DNA of 32,000 nucleotides from Nitrososphaerota archaeon (GCA_026708305.1 JAPOVD010000009.1:11992-43991), one strand, 5' to 3'. Positions 9,568-18,397 are shown, numbered from the stretch's first letter. Notes: a model not told the origin generated them from the letters alone. Translations and numbers: made by a program.

Positions 9568-10129
9568 CAAGTTTAAATTGTGATGTATCAATAGTTAAAA
9601 ATTTTGAATATTTTTTTGTATAATAAAAGTTTTTGTCATAGTGTTGAAATTGCAGATCATCAAAAATATGTTTAGACCATACTTGATGAACCACATCGAT
9701 GTAATTTTTATTTTGTTGCTGTCGTAATAACTCATGAGATAATTCATGTGATACTACAGCACAATTCTTTTTTGCTAATTTAACATCATATTCATGGTTT
9801 TGATTAGATTGCCACCATATCATTCCAAAATTTTCTGCATGATAGCCATTACATGTACAATCAGTCCAAATTGGTTTAAAATAACATAAGTAAAAGTGAT
9901 ATACATTTTTATCACGGTTTAAATGATCTTTGATGAGTATTGGAATATCTAATCTTTGAAATAGACTATGCTTATTAACTACTAGCGTGTCACAATTTAT
10001 ATCCATGTTAATCAAAAAATTTTTTCTAATCCAAAATTGGTAGAATTTAGACATTTTTTTTATATAGTCATAATTTTCATAATATGATTTATCTTTATTT
10101 TTTACTAAAAAAATGAAATGGAGTAACAA
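9557..10129 (-). CDS. hypothetical protein with an HExxH motif (putative zinc metallopeptidase-like)
   Basis: HELSH within AVVSHELSHELLRQ. TTG start 1 nt after the stop of the upstream RAM-domain gene; an alternative ATG lies at codon 27. Confidence 0.45.
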   Translation of the reverse strand: MLLHFIFLVKNKDKSYYENYDYIKKMSKFYQFWIRKNFLINMDINCDTLVVNKHSLFQRLDIPILIKDHLNRDKNVYHFYLCYFKPIWTDCTCNGYHAENFGMIWWQSNQNHEYDVKLAKKNCAVVSHELSHELLRQQQNKNYIDVVHQVWSKHIFDDLQFQHYDKNFYYTKKYSKFLTIDTSQFKLANI

Positions 10130-10130
10130 G

Positions 10131-10370
10131 CTAAGTTTGCCCTTCTATTCCCATCAGTGTTAGTGTAGAACGTATTTTTTCTATTTTACGTATTTTCCAA
10201 GTTATGGTTTCTCGTAGTGCTTCTACTGTAGATGATTCTATCTTTGCCAATATGTCATATGCGCCAAATGTTCCATGAACTTCTTTAACACTTTCCATTC
10301 CTTTCAATTGCCTAATTATTGCTTCTTCAGAGCCAAGTTCACAATTGATTAATACATATGCAGTAGCCAT
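10131..10370 (-). CDS. stand-alone Lrp/AsnC-type ligand-binding (RAM) domain protein
   Basis: 79 aa with the ferredoxin-like RAM pattern (AYVLINCELGSEEAIIRQLKGMESVKEVHGTFGAYDILAKIE) and no HTH. A TATA-like atatat lies ~25 nt upstream of the ATG. Confidence 0.7.
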   Translation of the reverse strand: MATAYVLINCELGSEEAIIRQLKGMESVKEVHGTFGAYDILAKIESSTVEALRETITWKIRKIEKIRSTLTLMGIEGQT

Positions 10371-10665
10371 ATATTTAATTAGAATTCACCATATATCAAT
10401 AGATCTATCAAATTTGAATAAACATTCGTATCGTGGTGGGATATATTTTGTTTTTTACAAATATTTTATGTTATAAATACAAAATAAAATTTGCGATAAA
10501 GTACGAACTAATAACCAAACACAATCTAGAGTTCTTAATTGTCCCCTTAATCTGACTTGCATAGAATCACTGGAATAGCCACAACCTCATTTAGCTAACT
10601 AATCAAGGGGTTGTACATAGTGCAACATAATTATATTTTAATCATACATCAAAATGCCTGTATGT

Positions 10666-12294
10666 TCAGAATAAAAGTCCAGTTAATTTGACTTCGAACC
10701 CAGACACAGGAATACGTATTTTAAAATTATTTAAAACATTTTTTGAAATCTCTCCAATAATTCCTACTTCATGAGAATTACAGATAATTAATGCAGCTCT
10801 ACCATTAGAAAAAATTGAATTTGATGTGCTTTTTGTTTTAAAATAAATATCAAATGGTTTAAACGCAGATTGTAATACTGACTTTAGTGTAGTGAAGTTT
10901 GTTGTTTGATTTGCATTCACACATGCCAAGTTTATTGATTCTTCAATCATATCTGATTTTAAGAAAGTTGTTCCTACTTCAAAGAGTTTTTGCGGATATT
11001 CATTATGTACATTTTTAGATAGGTTATGTAATAATGAGGGTATTATATTATTACGTAAAACATAATTACGATTTATTGAATTTAGTAGCGCTAGATTATT
11101 TTCATTTTGCTGTGTTAAAAAATATTGAATTTTTTTATCCACTAGGCTTTGATTCAATACTTCAGTATAACCAAGTCCGATCATAATCATTGTTATGGCA
11201 TCCAAATACTTTGTTATAGTATTTTTATTGCCCAAATTAGTTGATTTAGGTAATTGCGAATCTAAATTTTCTACGCCATAACCAATTAAAACTTCTTCAA
11301 CCAAATCTACTTTATCCATAATATCGAATCTAGATCTTGGTATAGTACAAATTATTTTTTTATTACTTGCATGAGAAGCCAATCCGCTCTTTTTTAAAGA
11401 ACGTATAATCTGATTGTTAGAAATATTGATACCAAGCATATCATTAACAAATTGTTTATCTAAAGTCATTTTTCTAGTTTTGAATTTATAACTAAGATCT
11501 ATTCCATCTATTTTTACATTATAGAATTTATAATCAAACGCGTTGTATAATATGTCTATTATTATAGATAAAACATCTTCAGCAACTATGCTGTCTGTTG
11601 CAGTTACTTCAATTAATATGCTTTTGGTGTTATTTGTTATTGTTGTATAAGATGAATTTATTATTGGAGGAAATGATACTGTGACTCCTTTTGAATCAAT
11701 AATCATAGGTGCGTTTTTATTTGCTACCAAATGTCCATATTGTTTGCCTACGCTTAACTTATTTAATATATCACGTATACTGAATTTAATTGATTGTCCA
11801 AGCGGTATAAATTTATGACTTAATTCTACTGTAGTATATACCAAAGGAAAAGCAATCTTATCAAAATCATGAAATCCGATGGATGCTTTTTTACGTTTTT
11901 TTCCTAATCCATTGTGTAGGTCTTCCTGCATTGTGATTAATTGTTTTATAGTATTATCGTCAATTGTTTTCTTGCTTTTAGCAATTATTGCATATAGATA
12001 TGGTCTAATTTTTTTTACTTTAGGACTAACATTAATTTTGTAATTGCTTTTTTCGATCACAAAATTTTTATGATTTTTGTCTCTAACATTTAAAAAACAT
12101 TTTAGTGTGTTACTTATTCCAAAGTCAGCACCATAATCAGGACGATTAGGACTATATTCAATTCTCACAGATTCTTCATTTTGAGATTCTATGTCTAGTC
12201 CTAAAGATGTTAATGCATTAACAAGTTCAGAAGTTTTTATTCGCTTTCCCATTAGCATTTGCATTCTATCAAAGTTTAATGTTATAACTGGCAT
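10666..12294 (-). CDS. pheT: phenylalanyl-tRNA synthetase beta subunit (archaeal type)
   Basis: 542 aa with an archaeal PheT N-terminus (MPVITLNFDRMQ...EYSPNRPDY). Its start overlaps the pheS stop by 13 nt. Confidence 0.85.
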   Translation of the reverse strand: MPVITLNFDRMQMLMGKRIKTSELVNALTSLGLDIESQNEESVRIEYSPNRPDYGADFGISNTLKCFLNVRDKNHKNFVIEKSNYKINVSPKVKKIRPYLYAIIAKSKKTIDDNTIKQLITMQEDLHNGLGKKRKKASIGFHDFDKIAFPLVYTTVELSHKFIPLGQSIKFSIRDILNKLSVGKQYGHLVANKNAPMIIDSKGVTVSFPPIINSSYTTITNNTKSILIEVTATDSIVAEDVLSIIIDILYNAFDYKFYNVKIDGIDLSYKFKTRKMTLDKQFVNDMLGINISNNQIIRSLKKSGLASHASNKKIICTIPRSRFDIMDKVDLVEEVLIGYGVENLDSQLPKSTNLGNKNTITKYLDAITMIMIGLGYTEVLNQSLVDKKIQYFLTQQNENNLALLNSINRNYVLRNNIIPSLLHNLSKNVHNEYPQKLFEVGTTFLKSDMIEESINLACVNANQTTNFTTLKSVLQSAFKPFDIYFKTKSTSNSIFSNGRAALIICNSHEVGIIGEISKNVLNNFKIRIPVSGFEVKLTGLLF

Positions 12295-13703
12295 TTGAAA
12301 TTCCTCAATAAATTTAGATCATTAATATAGAATTCACGTACGTCTTCTATATTATATTTTAACATAGCTATTCTTTCGATACCACCTCCAAATGCTAGAA
12401 TCTTATTTTTTACACCTAGAGGTTTCGTGACCTCTGGTCTAATGATACCCATTCCAAATAATTCCATCCAATTATTTGTTCTTTTATTATAAACCATAGT
12501 TTGTAATGATGGTTCAGTATAAGGAAAAAATGTTGGCCAGAATTTAATTTTATTTAATCCAATTCTCTTGCAAAATTCTTTTTGAATTCCCATTAAATTC
12601 CTTAAATTAACGTCAGCTCCAACTATTAATCCTTCAATTTGTTGGAATTCAGATAAATGTTTGTAATTTGACTTTTCGTTACGAAATACTCTACCAAGAG
12701 AAAATATTTTTGCATCTTTTGGTAGATTAGATGAAATATATTTAATTGTAGTGCAAGTGGTATGTGTTCGTAAGATCATTTTCTTAGCTTCTGACAATTG
12801 CCATTTATAATGCCATTTTTTATTATGTATATATGAGACATTTTTAATTTGTTGAGGAGTTGCAACATCATTCTTTAATACATAATCAAGATAAAAAGTA
12901 TCCTGCATTTCTCTTGCAGGATGATTTTGAGGGGTAAAGAGTGCATCAAAGTTCCAGAAACTAGGTTGTGTTAAGTTTCCCACTATCTCTGAAAACCCAA
13001 AACTAATCAAGATATCACGTACTTCATTTATGGTTTCTTTAAGTGGATGAACATGAGCTATGTGTAATAATGGTGCGTCAGATTCAACATCTATAGGTCG
13101 ATCATGGGTATTTTCGTTATTAGTATTATCAAAATTAATTCTTTTATTTAATAATATTAGCTTGGATTTAATTATATGACTCTTAATAAATCCACTTCGC
13201 TTTTTAAGAGATTCTAATGATTTTGTATCGATAATTGCATTCTCTGGTATTTTTGCATATGCTATATCTGAAATTAGTTTCTCTTCTGCTGTAGTATTTG
13301 GAGGTTTTGTTTTACCAATTCTGACAATTACATTTTTTTTTGTAGAAATTATATCAATCCAGTTATTTTTTTTTGCTTTAGATATTGCTGCATTAAAATC
13401 ATATTTCAAGATTTGTTGTAATTCTTGCAAAGTGTAATCTCTCTTGTTAACCAATTTAATTATTTTACGTTCTGGCATATTTTCATTATATGATCTTAAC
13501 GCATTACTATCCAAACTTACAAGTACTTCTTTTTGATCTATAACATCTATCAATTTTTTTAATCTTAGCCATTCTATTCCTCTTCTTAATTGATCTTCTG
13601 TTAATGTAGTTTTTTGTAGTAATACACTAAATTTTGATGGAACAGTCATTTTAAGAGCTTTAATTATTTGTTTTTCTATTGGATGTAATATTAACGACTT
13701 CAA
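12282..13703 (-). CDS. pheS: phenylalanyl-tRNA synthetase alpha subunit
   Basis: Class II aaRS motifs (HPAREMQDTFY, LRTHTT, GRVFRNE, FGGGIERIAMLKY). The 473-aa length is typical of archaeal PheS. Confidence 0.9.
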   Translation of the reverse strand: MKSLILHPIEKQIIKALKMTVPSKFSVLLQKTTLTEDQLRRGIEWLRLKKLIDVIDQKEVLVSLDSNALRSYNENMPERKIIKLVNKRDYTLQELQQILKYDFNAAISKAKKNNWIDIISTKKNVIVRIGKTKPPNTTAEEKLISDIAYAKIPENAIIDTKSLESLKKRSGFIKSHIIKSKLILLNKRINFDNTNNENTHDRPIDVESDAPLLHIAHVHPLKETINEVRDILISFGFSEIVGNLTQPSFWNFDALFTPQNHPAREMQDTFYLDYVLKNDVATPQQIKNVSYIHNKKWHYKWQLSEAKKMILRTHTTCTTIKYISSNLPKDAKIFSLGRVFRNEKSNYKHLSEFQQIEGLIVGADVNLRNLMGIQKEFCKRIGLNKIKFWPTFFPYTEPSLQTMVYNKRTNNWMELFGMGIIRPEVTKPLGVKNKILAFGGGIERIAMLKYNIEDVREFYINDLNLLRNFKCQL

Positions 13704-13749
13704 TAAAAGAAAGGTTTTAAAAATACTTTTTAAATCTTAGTTCATCAAG

Positions 13750-14862
13750 ATGATTCATGATAATACTGAATTTACTGTTACACCCTGGAAAGTAGAAGGC
13801 AACATAGATTATAATAAACTAATTAACCAATTTGGAACAGAAAGAATTTCAAATAGTATTTTAAATAGATTAGAAAAAGTAACTGGCGACATTCACTTCA
13901 TGTTAAAAAGGGGGGTTTTTTTTTCTCATAGGGATTTAAATAAAATTTTAGATTGGTACGAAAATAATGGCAAATTTTTTATATACACGGGCCGTGGACC
14001 TTCAGGAAATACACATGTTGGACACTTAATTCCATGGGTACTAACAAAATGGCTCCAAGAAAAGTTTGGTGTTAATGTATACTTCCAACTATCAGACGAT
14101 GAAAAATTTTTTGCAAATAAAGATGCTACATTAAAATCTACATATCAATTTGCTTATAAAAACGCCATAGATTTTATTGCACTTGGTTTTAAACCAGATA
14201 ATACAAAGATATTAATCAATACCAAGAATGCAAATAATTTGTATCCTATAGCTTGCAAAATTGCCAAAAAGATAAATCTATCTAATATAAGAGCAGTTTT
14301 TGGTTTTACTAACGATACAAATATAGGAATGATATTTTATACTGCAATGCAATCAGCTCCGTGCTTTATAGAAGATAAACCCGTATTGATACCATTAGGA
14401 ATAGATCAAGATCCTCATTTTAGAATTACAAGAGACATAGCACCAAAAATTGGAAAAATTAAGCCGTCTATTATTCATGGAATGATGATGCCGTCACTTA
14501 CTGGTATAAATACGAAAATGTCAACCTCGATAAAAAATAGCGTAATTTACACCACAGATATTCCAAATATTGTCAAAAAAAAAATTAACAAGTATGCTTT
14601 TTCAGGGGGACAATCTGATATAAAATTGCATAGAGAAAAAGGAGGTAATCCAAGTATAGATATAGCATATCAATATCTAAGAATGTTTTTTGAACCTAAC
14701 GATATGAAATTAAAAAAAATTCATGATGATTATACGTCAGGTAAATTATTAAGTGGAGAGTTGAAACAGATGACCATAAAAAAAATAAATGATTTTTTGT
14801 CATCACATCAAAAAAATAGAGAAAAAGCAATCGAAAAAATTGACGAGTATATGATAAAATGA
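13750..14862 (+). CDS. trpS: tryptophanyl-tRNA synthetase (archaeal/eukaryotic type)
   Basis: Class I motifs TGRGPSGNTHVGHLIPW (HIGH) and KMSTS (KMSKS-type). The 370-aa length fits archaeal TrpRS rather than TyrRS. Confidence 0.8.
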   Translation: MIHDNTEFTVTPWKVEGNIDYNKLINQFGTERISNSILNRLEKVTGDIHFMLKRGVFFSHRDLNKILDWYENNGKFFIYTGRGPSGNTHVGHLIPWVLTKWLQEKFGVNVYFQLSDDEKFFANKDATLKSTYQFAYKNAIDFIALGFKPDNTKILINTKNANNLYPIACKIAKKINLSNIRAVFGFTNDTNIGMIFYTAMQSAPCFIEDKPVLIPLGIDQDPHFRITRDIAPKIGKIKPSIIHGMMMPSLTGINTKMSTSIKNSVIYTTDIPNIVKKKINKYAFSGGQSDIKLHREKGGNPSIDIAYQYLRMFFEPNDMKLKKIHDDYTSGKLLSGELKQMTIKKINDFLSSHQKNREKAIEKIDEYMIK

Positions 14863-15140
14863 TAAAGAGGATCATATGTCAAGATAAATACGAAGCTGTT
14901 AAATTATCTAGTTTAATTTTTATAAAAAGCGGCAAAGAAACATTTATCAAAGAAATTTTAAATATTATAAAAAACGAAGTGGTTATTTCATTAAAAGATA
15001 AGTCTGCACATAGTATAATTCTTAAAGACGATCAAGAAGTAGAAATATTTGCAGATTTCATACAATCTATATGTGAAGGTCGTCATAGGATTATTTCTAC
15101 AATTGCATATGATGAATATGTAGAAATAATAAAAAGTTAA
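14859..15140 (+). CDS. hypothetical small protein
   Basis: 93-aa ORF whose ATG overlaps the trpS stop (ATGA), suggesting translational coupling. I recognised no family. Confidence 0.4.
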   Translation: MIKRIICQDKYEAVKLSSLIFIKSGKETFIKEILNIIKNEVVISLKDKSAHSIILKDDQEVEIFADFIQSICEGRHRIISTIAYDEYVEIIKS

Positions 15141-15221
15141 ATCGCACATATCTAGCTGAATATCATATGCATATATTTCAGTTACATTTTTGATGAATGT
15201 TGAACTTTCTCATAATCTATG

Positions 15222-15701
15222 TCAACAATTATTTAATTTTCCATTTTTATCAATTTCATAATTTTTAATTCTTGTCGATGAAATTGATTTTCCATCTTCG
15301 GCTATAACAATTGGCATAACAATAATTTTTAATTGTGATAGATTTAGTTTTTTTCTAGTTTTATTTATTTTGTATCCAATATTTTTTGTATCATTACTAA
15401 CTATTAGAGCGTCTATATTACACTCATACAAAGTGGGTCCAAATTCATCTTCAATTTTACATATCGCATATGAAGAATTTGGAAAATTAGATATGATCAT
15501 ATTTTTTAATGCGTGTTCACGAGTATTATAATTATGTAATATTTGCTTTTGTTTTTGTATTGTAAATTTATCACTGGTAAGACCTATTATCACATGTTGA
15601 GAAATGGAAAACGCTTTTGCAAATAATGTAATATGGCCTTTATGCAAGATATCAAATGTACCTCCTACTGCTACAGAAGTGAACTTTTTGATTGTTTTCA
15701 T
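15222..15701 (-). CDS. archaeal phosphopantetheine adenylyltransferase (cytidylyltransferase-fold)
   Basis: Nucleotidyltransferase signature VAVGGTFDILHKGHITLF and C-terminal ISSTRIKN. The 159-aa length is typical of the archaeal PPAT family. Confidence 0.75.
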   Translation of the reverse strand: MKTIKKFTSVAVGGTFDILHKGHITLFAKAFSISQHVIIGLTSDKFTIQKQKQILHNYNTREHALKNMIISNFPNSSYAICKIEDEFGPTLYECNIDALIVSNDTKNIGYKINKTRKKLNLSQLKIIVMPIVIAEDGKSISSTRIKNYEIDKNGKLNNC

Positions 15702-15793
15702 ATTGAAAAATGAGTAGATAGAAACTTTATAATCATAACTAAGTTTATTAGCTACATAACATTACTGTAATAAAAATATAAAATCAATTGATT

Positions 15794-15898
15794 TTATCTT
15801 TTTTTCATAGCAGTTATAACAAACCAATATACCAAACCAGGAGTCAACCCAACTATAAGTGGAATCCATACTCCCATAGCTTCAATTTCTCCAGCCAT
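15794..15898 (-). CDS. unannotated 34-aa hydrophobic micro-protein (MAGEIEAMGVWIPLIVGLTPGLVYWFVITAMKKR)
   Basis: Translated by hand from ATG to TAA; it is absent from the ORF track because of its length. It has one predicted TM helix with a basic tail. TTTAAATA (complement of 15920-15927) lies ~25 nt upstream of the ATG. Confidence 0.3.
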   Translation of the reverse strand: MAGEIEAMGVWIPLIVGLTPGLVYWFVITAMKKR

Positions 15899-15948
15899 GT
15901 TTGTCGTAAACTAATAGCATATTTAAACCCATCTTAAAGTTCTATTAA

Positions 15949-16022
15949 TGGACTGAGAGGGATTTGAACCCTCGACCATTCGCGTGCAAGGCGGATATTC
16001 TACCAGTCTAAACTATCAGCCC
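15949..16022 (-). tRNA. tRNA-Ala (anticodon UGC)
   Basis: Hand fold of the reverse complement. Acceptor GGGCTGA pairs with TCAGTCC, including the G3:U70 Ala identity pair. Anticodon loop CTTGCAC. T arm GAGGG-TTCAAAT-CCCTC. One C:A mismatch in the anticodon stem. 74 nt, no intron. Confidence 0.88.
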
Positions 16023-16093
16023 TTCAAAATGATCATTTATTATCAATATAAATATTAAAAACAAATTTATTAGAAATTTAAGAAACAAAATTC

Positions 16094-16648
16094 ATGGTAC
16101 TTTTAGAGTCAGGTTCTATGCTTGCCAAAAATGCTATCGCTCCAGATTTTTCATTAATAGGTATTGATAACAAAATTCATTCTCTTAAAGACTATCAGGA
16201 TTATGAATTATTGTTAATAATTTTCATTTGTAATCACTGCCCATATGTACAAGCCAAGATTAATGCAATTAATGGAATATATAATAAATTTAATGATAGA
16301 TTGGCAATGGTAGCTATAAACAGTAATGATGCAATAAATTATATTGAAGATAATTTTGAAAATATGAAAAAAATGGCAAAAAATAGAAATATAAAATTTG
16401 ATTATTTATTTGACGAAACACAAGAGATAGCTAAAAAATTTGGAGCAAAATGTACTCCGGATCCATTTTTGTTTAATAAACATAGAAAACTAGTTTTCCA
16501 TGGACGAATAGACAATGCAATGAAATTAGAAGATGAAGTGACAGAAAAAACAATGATCAATAATATTGAGAAGTTACTACAAAATTTAGAAATAAATGAT
16601 TATTTCATTCCTTCCATTGGGTGTTCTATAAAATGGAAAAAACAATGA
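16094..16648 (+). CDS. thioredoxin-fold redoxin (AhpC/TSA-like thiol-disulfide oxidoreductase)
   Basis: APDFSL...IIFICNHCPYV (CxxC) and CTPDPFLF, typical of redoxin/TlpA-like proteins. Confidence 0.7.
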   Translation: MVLLESGSMLAKNAIAPDFSLIGIDNKIHSLKDYQDYELLLIIFICNHCPYVQAKINAINGIYNKFNDRLAMVAINSNDAINYIEDNFENMKKMAKNRNIKFDYLFDETQEIAKKFGAKCTPDPFLFNKHRKLVFHGRIDNAMKLEDEVTEKTMINNIEKLLQNLEINDYFIPSIGCSIKWKKQ

Positions 16649-16678
16649 ATTTAAACAGATGTAAATAAAGGAATTTAG

Positions 16679-16770
16679 GGGCCGGTAGCTCAGCTTGGCT
16701 GGAGCGTTCGACTGATAAGTATCATGATTTGGAGATCGAAAGGTCGTGAGTTCGAATCTCACTCGGCCCA
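16679..16770 (+). tRNA. tRNA-Ile (anticodon GAU) with a 17-nt intron at the canonical 37/38 position
   Basis: Acceptor GGGCCGG pairs with TCGGCCC. D arm GCTC-AGCTTGGCTG-GAGC. Anticodon stem TTCGA/TCGAA with loop CTGATA|A interrupted at 16718-16734. A bulge / 4-bp helix (CTGA:TTGG) / bulge geometry is possible. T arm GTGAG-TTCGAAT-CTCAC. Confidence 0.85.
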
Positions 16771-17649
16771 TTTTAATAATCTATCAACCTTGGTTTCTGC
16801 CCATTGGAAAACAGCATCTAAATCATTTGTAACAAGATTTGTTCCAGTATTTGTTTTTATATGGCTATTAAACATCATCAAAAATATATTATTGTTAAAT
16901 TTTTTCTTTATAGTTTTAATAGTTTCAGAAAAAAATTTTATTTTTTCTTCTGACTCTACAAAAATCAATATTAACACAATTCCTTTTTTGGTCCAAACTT
17001 TATTAAAAAATGTTTGTATATCGATATCAAACAATAAATCTAAAGTATCAGAAATATCTCCTAAAAATAACACATTCCAATTATTAGATCTAAATGACGC
17101 AGATGCAGCTTCAGCTTGAAGCATATTTGATCCGTCAGACATTATAATTATATTTTTATCTAAATCAATATTAGTTGCTGAGTTATTTATTAAACTAATT
17201 GAATCCAAAATAATCCTATGGCATAATTTTGTTTCCAATCTGCTTATTTTACCTTCAGAATATAATTTTTGAACATAATTAATAGATGGTACAATTATTT
17301 CAAGTATAATTTTGGTAGGATCAGCGTCAGAATATAATGAGCTCCGGATCAAATTTATCGAACACATATTAGAAAATGAATATATAGAATCAAAATACTG
17401 ATTTTTGATTTTGAAATAGTCTTCTGGAAAATAAAAATGTGCAATTCCTTCTTCAATAAACCATAAATTTGTATTTCCTATTTTGGATTTTTTGATCAAA
17501 CCTTCAGACACAAATATGTTAAGATATTTTGACATGGTGATTCTATTAATGTTAAGTTTTTTTGATATTTGAGTTCCTGATAACCCTATTTTAGAATTTG
17601 CAAGCAAGTAAATCAATTCTCGTTTAATTTTTTGCATGCTATGCTTCAT
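16759..17649 (-). CDS. winged-helix DNA-binding transcriptional regulator with an uncharacterised C-terminal domain
   Basis: N-terminal wHTH pattern (ELIYLLANSKIGLSGTQISKKLNINRITMSKYLNIFVSEGLIKKSK). I did not securely recognise the ~200-aa C-terminal domain. The last 12 nt overlap tRNA-Ile on the opposite strand. Confidence 0.55.
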   Translation of the reverse strand: MKHSMQKIKRELIYLLANSKIGLSGTQISKKLNINRITMSKYLNIFVSEGLIKKSKIGNTNLWFIEEGIAHFYFPEDYFKIKNQYFDSIYSFSNMCSINLIRSSLYSDADPTKIILEIIVPSINYVQKLYSEGKISRLETKLCHRIILDSISLINNSATNIDLDKNIIIMSDGSNMLQAEAASASFRSNNWNVLFLGDISDTLDLLFDIDIQTFFNKVWTKKGIVLILIFVESEEKIKFFSETIKTIKKKFNNNIFLMMFNSHIKTNTGTNLVTNDLDAVFQWAETKVDRLLKWAE

Positions 17650-17726
17650 AATATATAACCATACTTATTAACATCAATTATAAACTAATATATAATCAAT
17701 ACTTGAATGTACGGTAAGAAAAAGTA

Positions 17727-18137
17727 ATGCCGAAAGATGGTTTTAAATCAATAACATTATCAGAAATAGTATATAATAAATTTTATAATATTTACAAAGA
17801 AAATAAAGTATATTTAACTATGAAAGGAATCAATAGTTTTGCTGGTTATATAACATACATGTTAGAAGACATAATGGAAAAGGATAAAGAATCGTCTAGA
17901 TATTTTCCAAAGTTAAAAAAGATATCTTCAGATAATGATAGAATAATATTACAAGATAATATAAAAAATAGAATAATTGAAGTAATTTTTCGAAATAATG
18001 AACCGTATTGCTTGTTTTGTGAAGAAAAAAATTGTTTCCACATAGGTTTTGTATTTTCACTTCCAGAAGTGTATAAAATATTGAATAAAAATGGTGTAAA
18101 ATATACAATAAATAAAAGTGCAGGAGGTGAGATTTGA
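17727..18137 (+). CDS. hypothetical protein, possible ribbon-helix-helix N-terminus and a Cys/His cluster
   Basis: 136-aa ORF divergent from the wHTH regulator, with CLFCEEKNCFH near the C-terminus. The 3' 19 nt overlap tRNA-Leu on the opposite strand. Confidence 0.4.
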   Translation: MPKDGFKSITLSEIVYNKFYNIYKENKVYLTMKGINSFAGYITYMLEDIMEKDKESSRYFPKLKKISSDNDRIILQDNIKNRIIEVIFRNNEPYCLFCEEKNCFHIGFVFSLPEVYKILNKNGVKYTINKSAGGEI

Positions 18138-18237
18138 ACTCACGAACTCCTAAAGACGGGATCGCTAATAAGATCTTAAGTCCCGCGTATCCAAAAGATC
18201 ATTAAATCCTTCTTTGGCCAGGCTTGACTACTCCTGC
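18119..18237 (-). tRNA. tRNA-Leu (anticodon UAA), type II, interrupted by two intervening sequences
   Basis: Hand fold of the reverse complement. Acceptor GCAGGAG pairs with CTCCTGC. T arm GTGAG-TTCAAAT-CTCAC. Anticodon stem CGGGA/TCCCG with loop CTTAAG|A split by 12 nt (18163-18174). The D stem GTC/GAC forms only if ~23 nt (18188-18210) are removed. 13-nt variable arm. Confidence 0.78.
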
Positions 18238-18319
18238 ACAATTGACATTGTAATTAATTGAATTTAATGTTTTATCGAATAGTTAAATAAAAATTATAAT
18301 TAAGAATAATTACGATCAT

Positions 18320-18393
18320 GCTTCGGTAGCTCAGCATGGAAGAGCGTTACCTTGGTAAGGTAAAGGTCACGGGTTCAGATCCCGTCCGAAGCT
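18320..18393 (+). tRNA. tRNA-Thr (anticodon GGU)
   Basis: Clean cloverleaf: GCTTCGG / GCTC-AGCATGGAA-GAGC / TTACC-TTGGTAA-GGTAA / AGGTC / ACGGG-TTCAGAT-CCCGT / CCGAAGC. 74 nt, no intron. Confidence 0.95.
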
Positions 18394-18397
18394 ATTT

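Noticed and set aside
16712-16735. Reading tRNA 16679..16770 as tRNA-Met/Ile2 (CAT), because ATCATGA occurs in the interrupted anticodon region.
   Set aside because: Using CAT would require two tiny introns with no helix support. A single 17-nt intron at 37/38 gives loop CTGATAA (GAU) with a plausible bulge-helix-bulge.
16586-17119. ORFs 16586..16771 (-) and 16724..17119 (+) from the ORF track.
   Set aside because: The first is the antisense and flank of tRNA-Ile. The second is antisense to the wHTH regulator, with low-complexity hydrophobic content typical of shadow frames in A/T-rich DNA.
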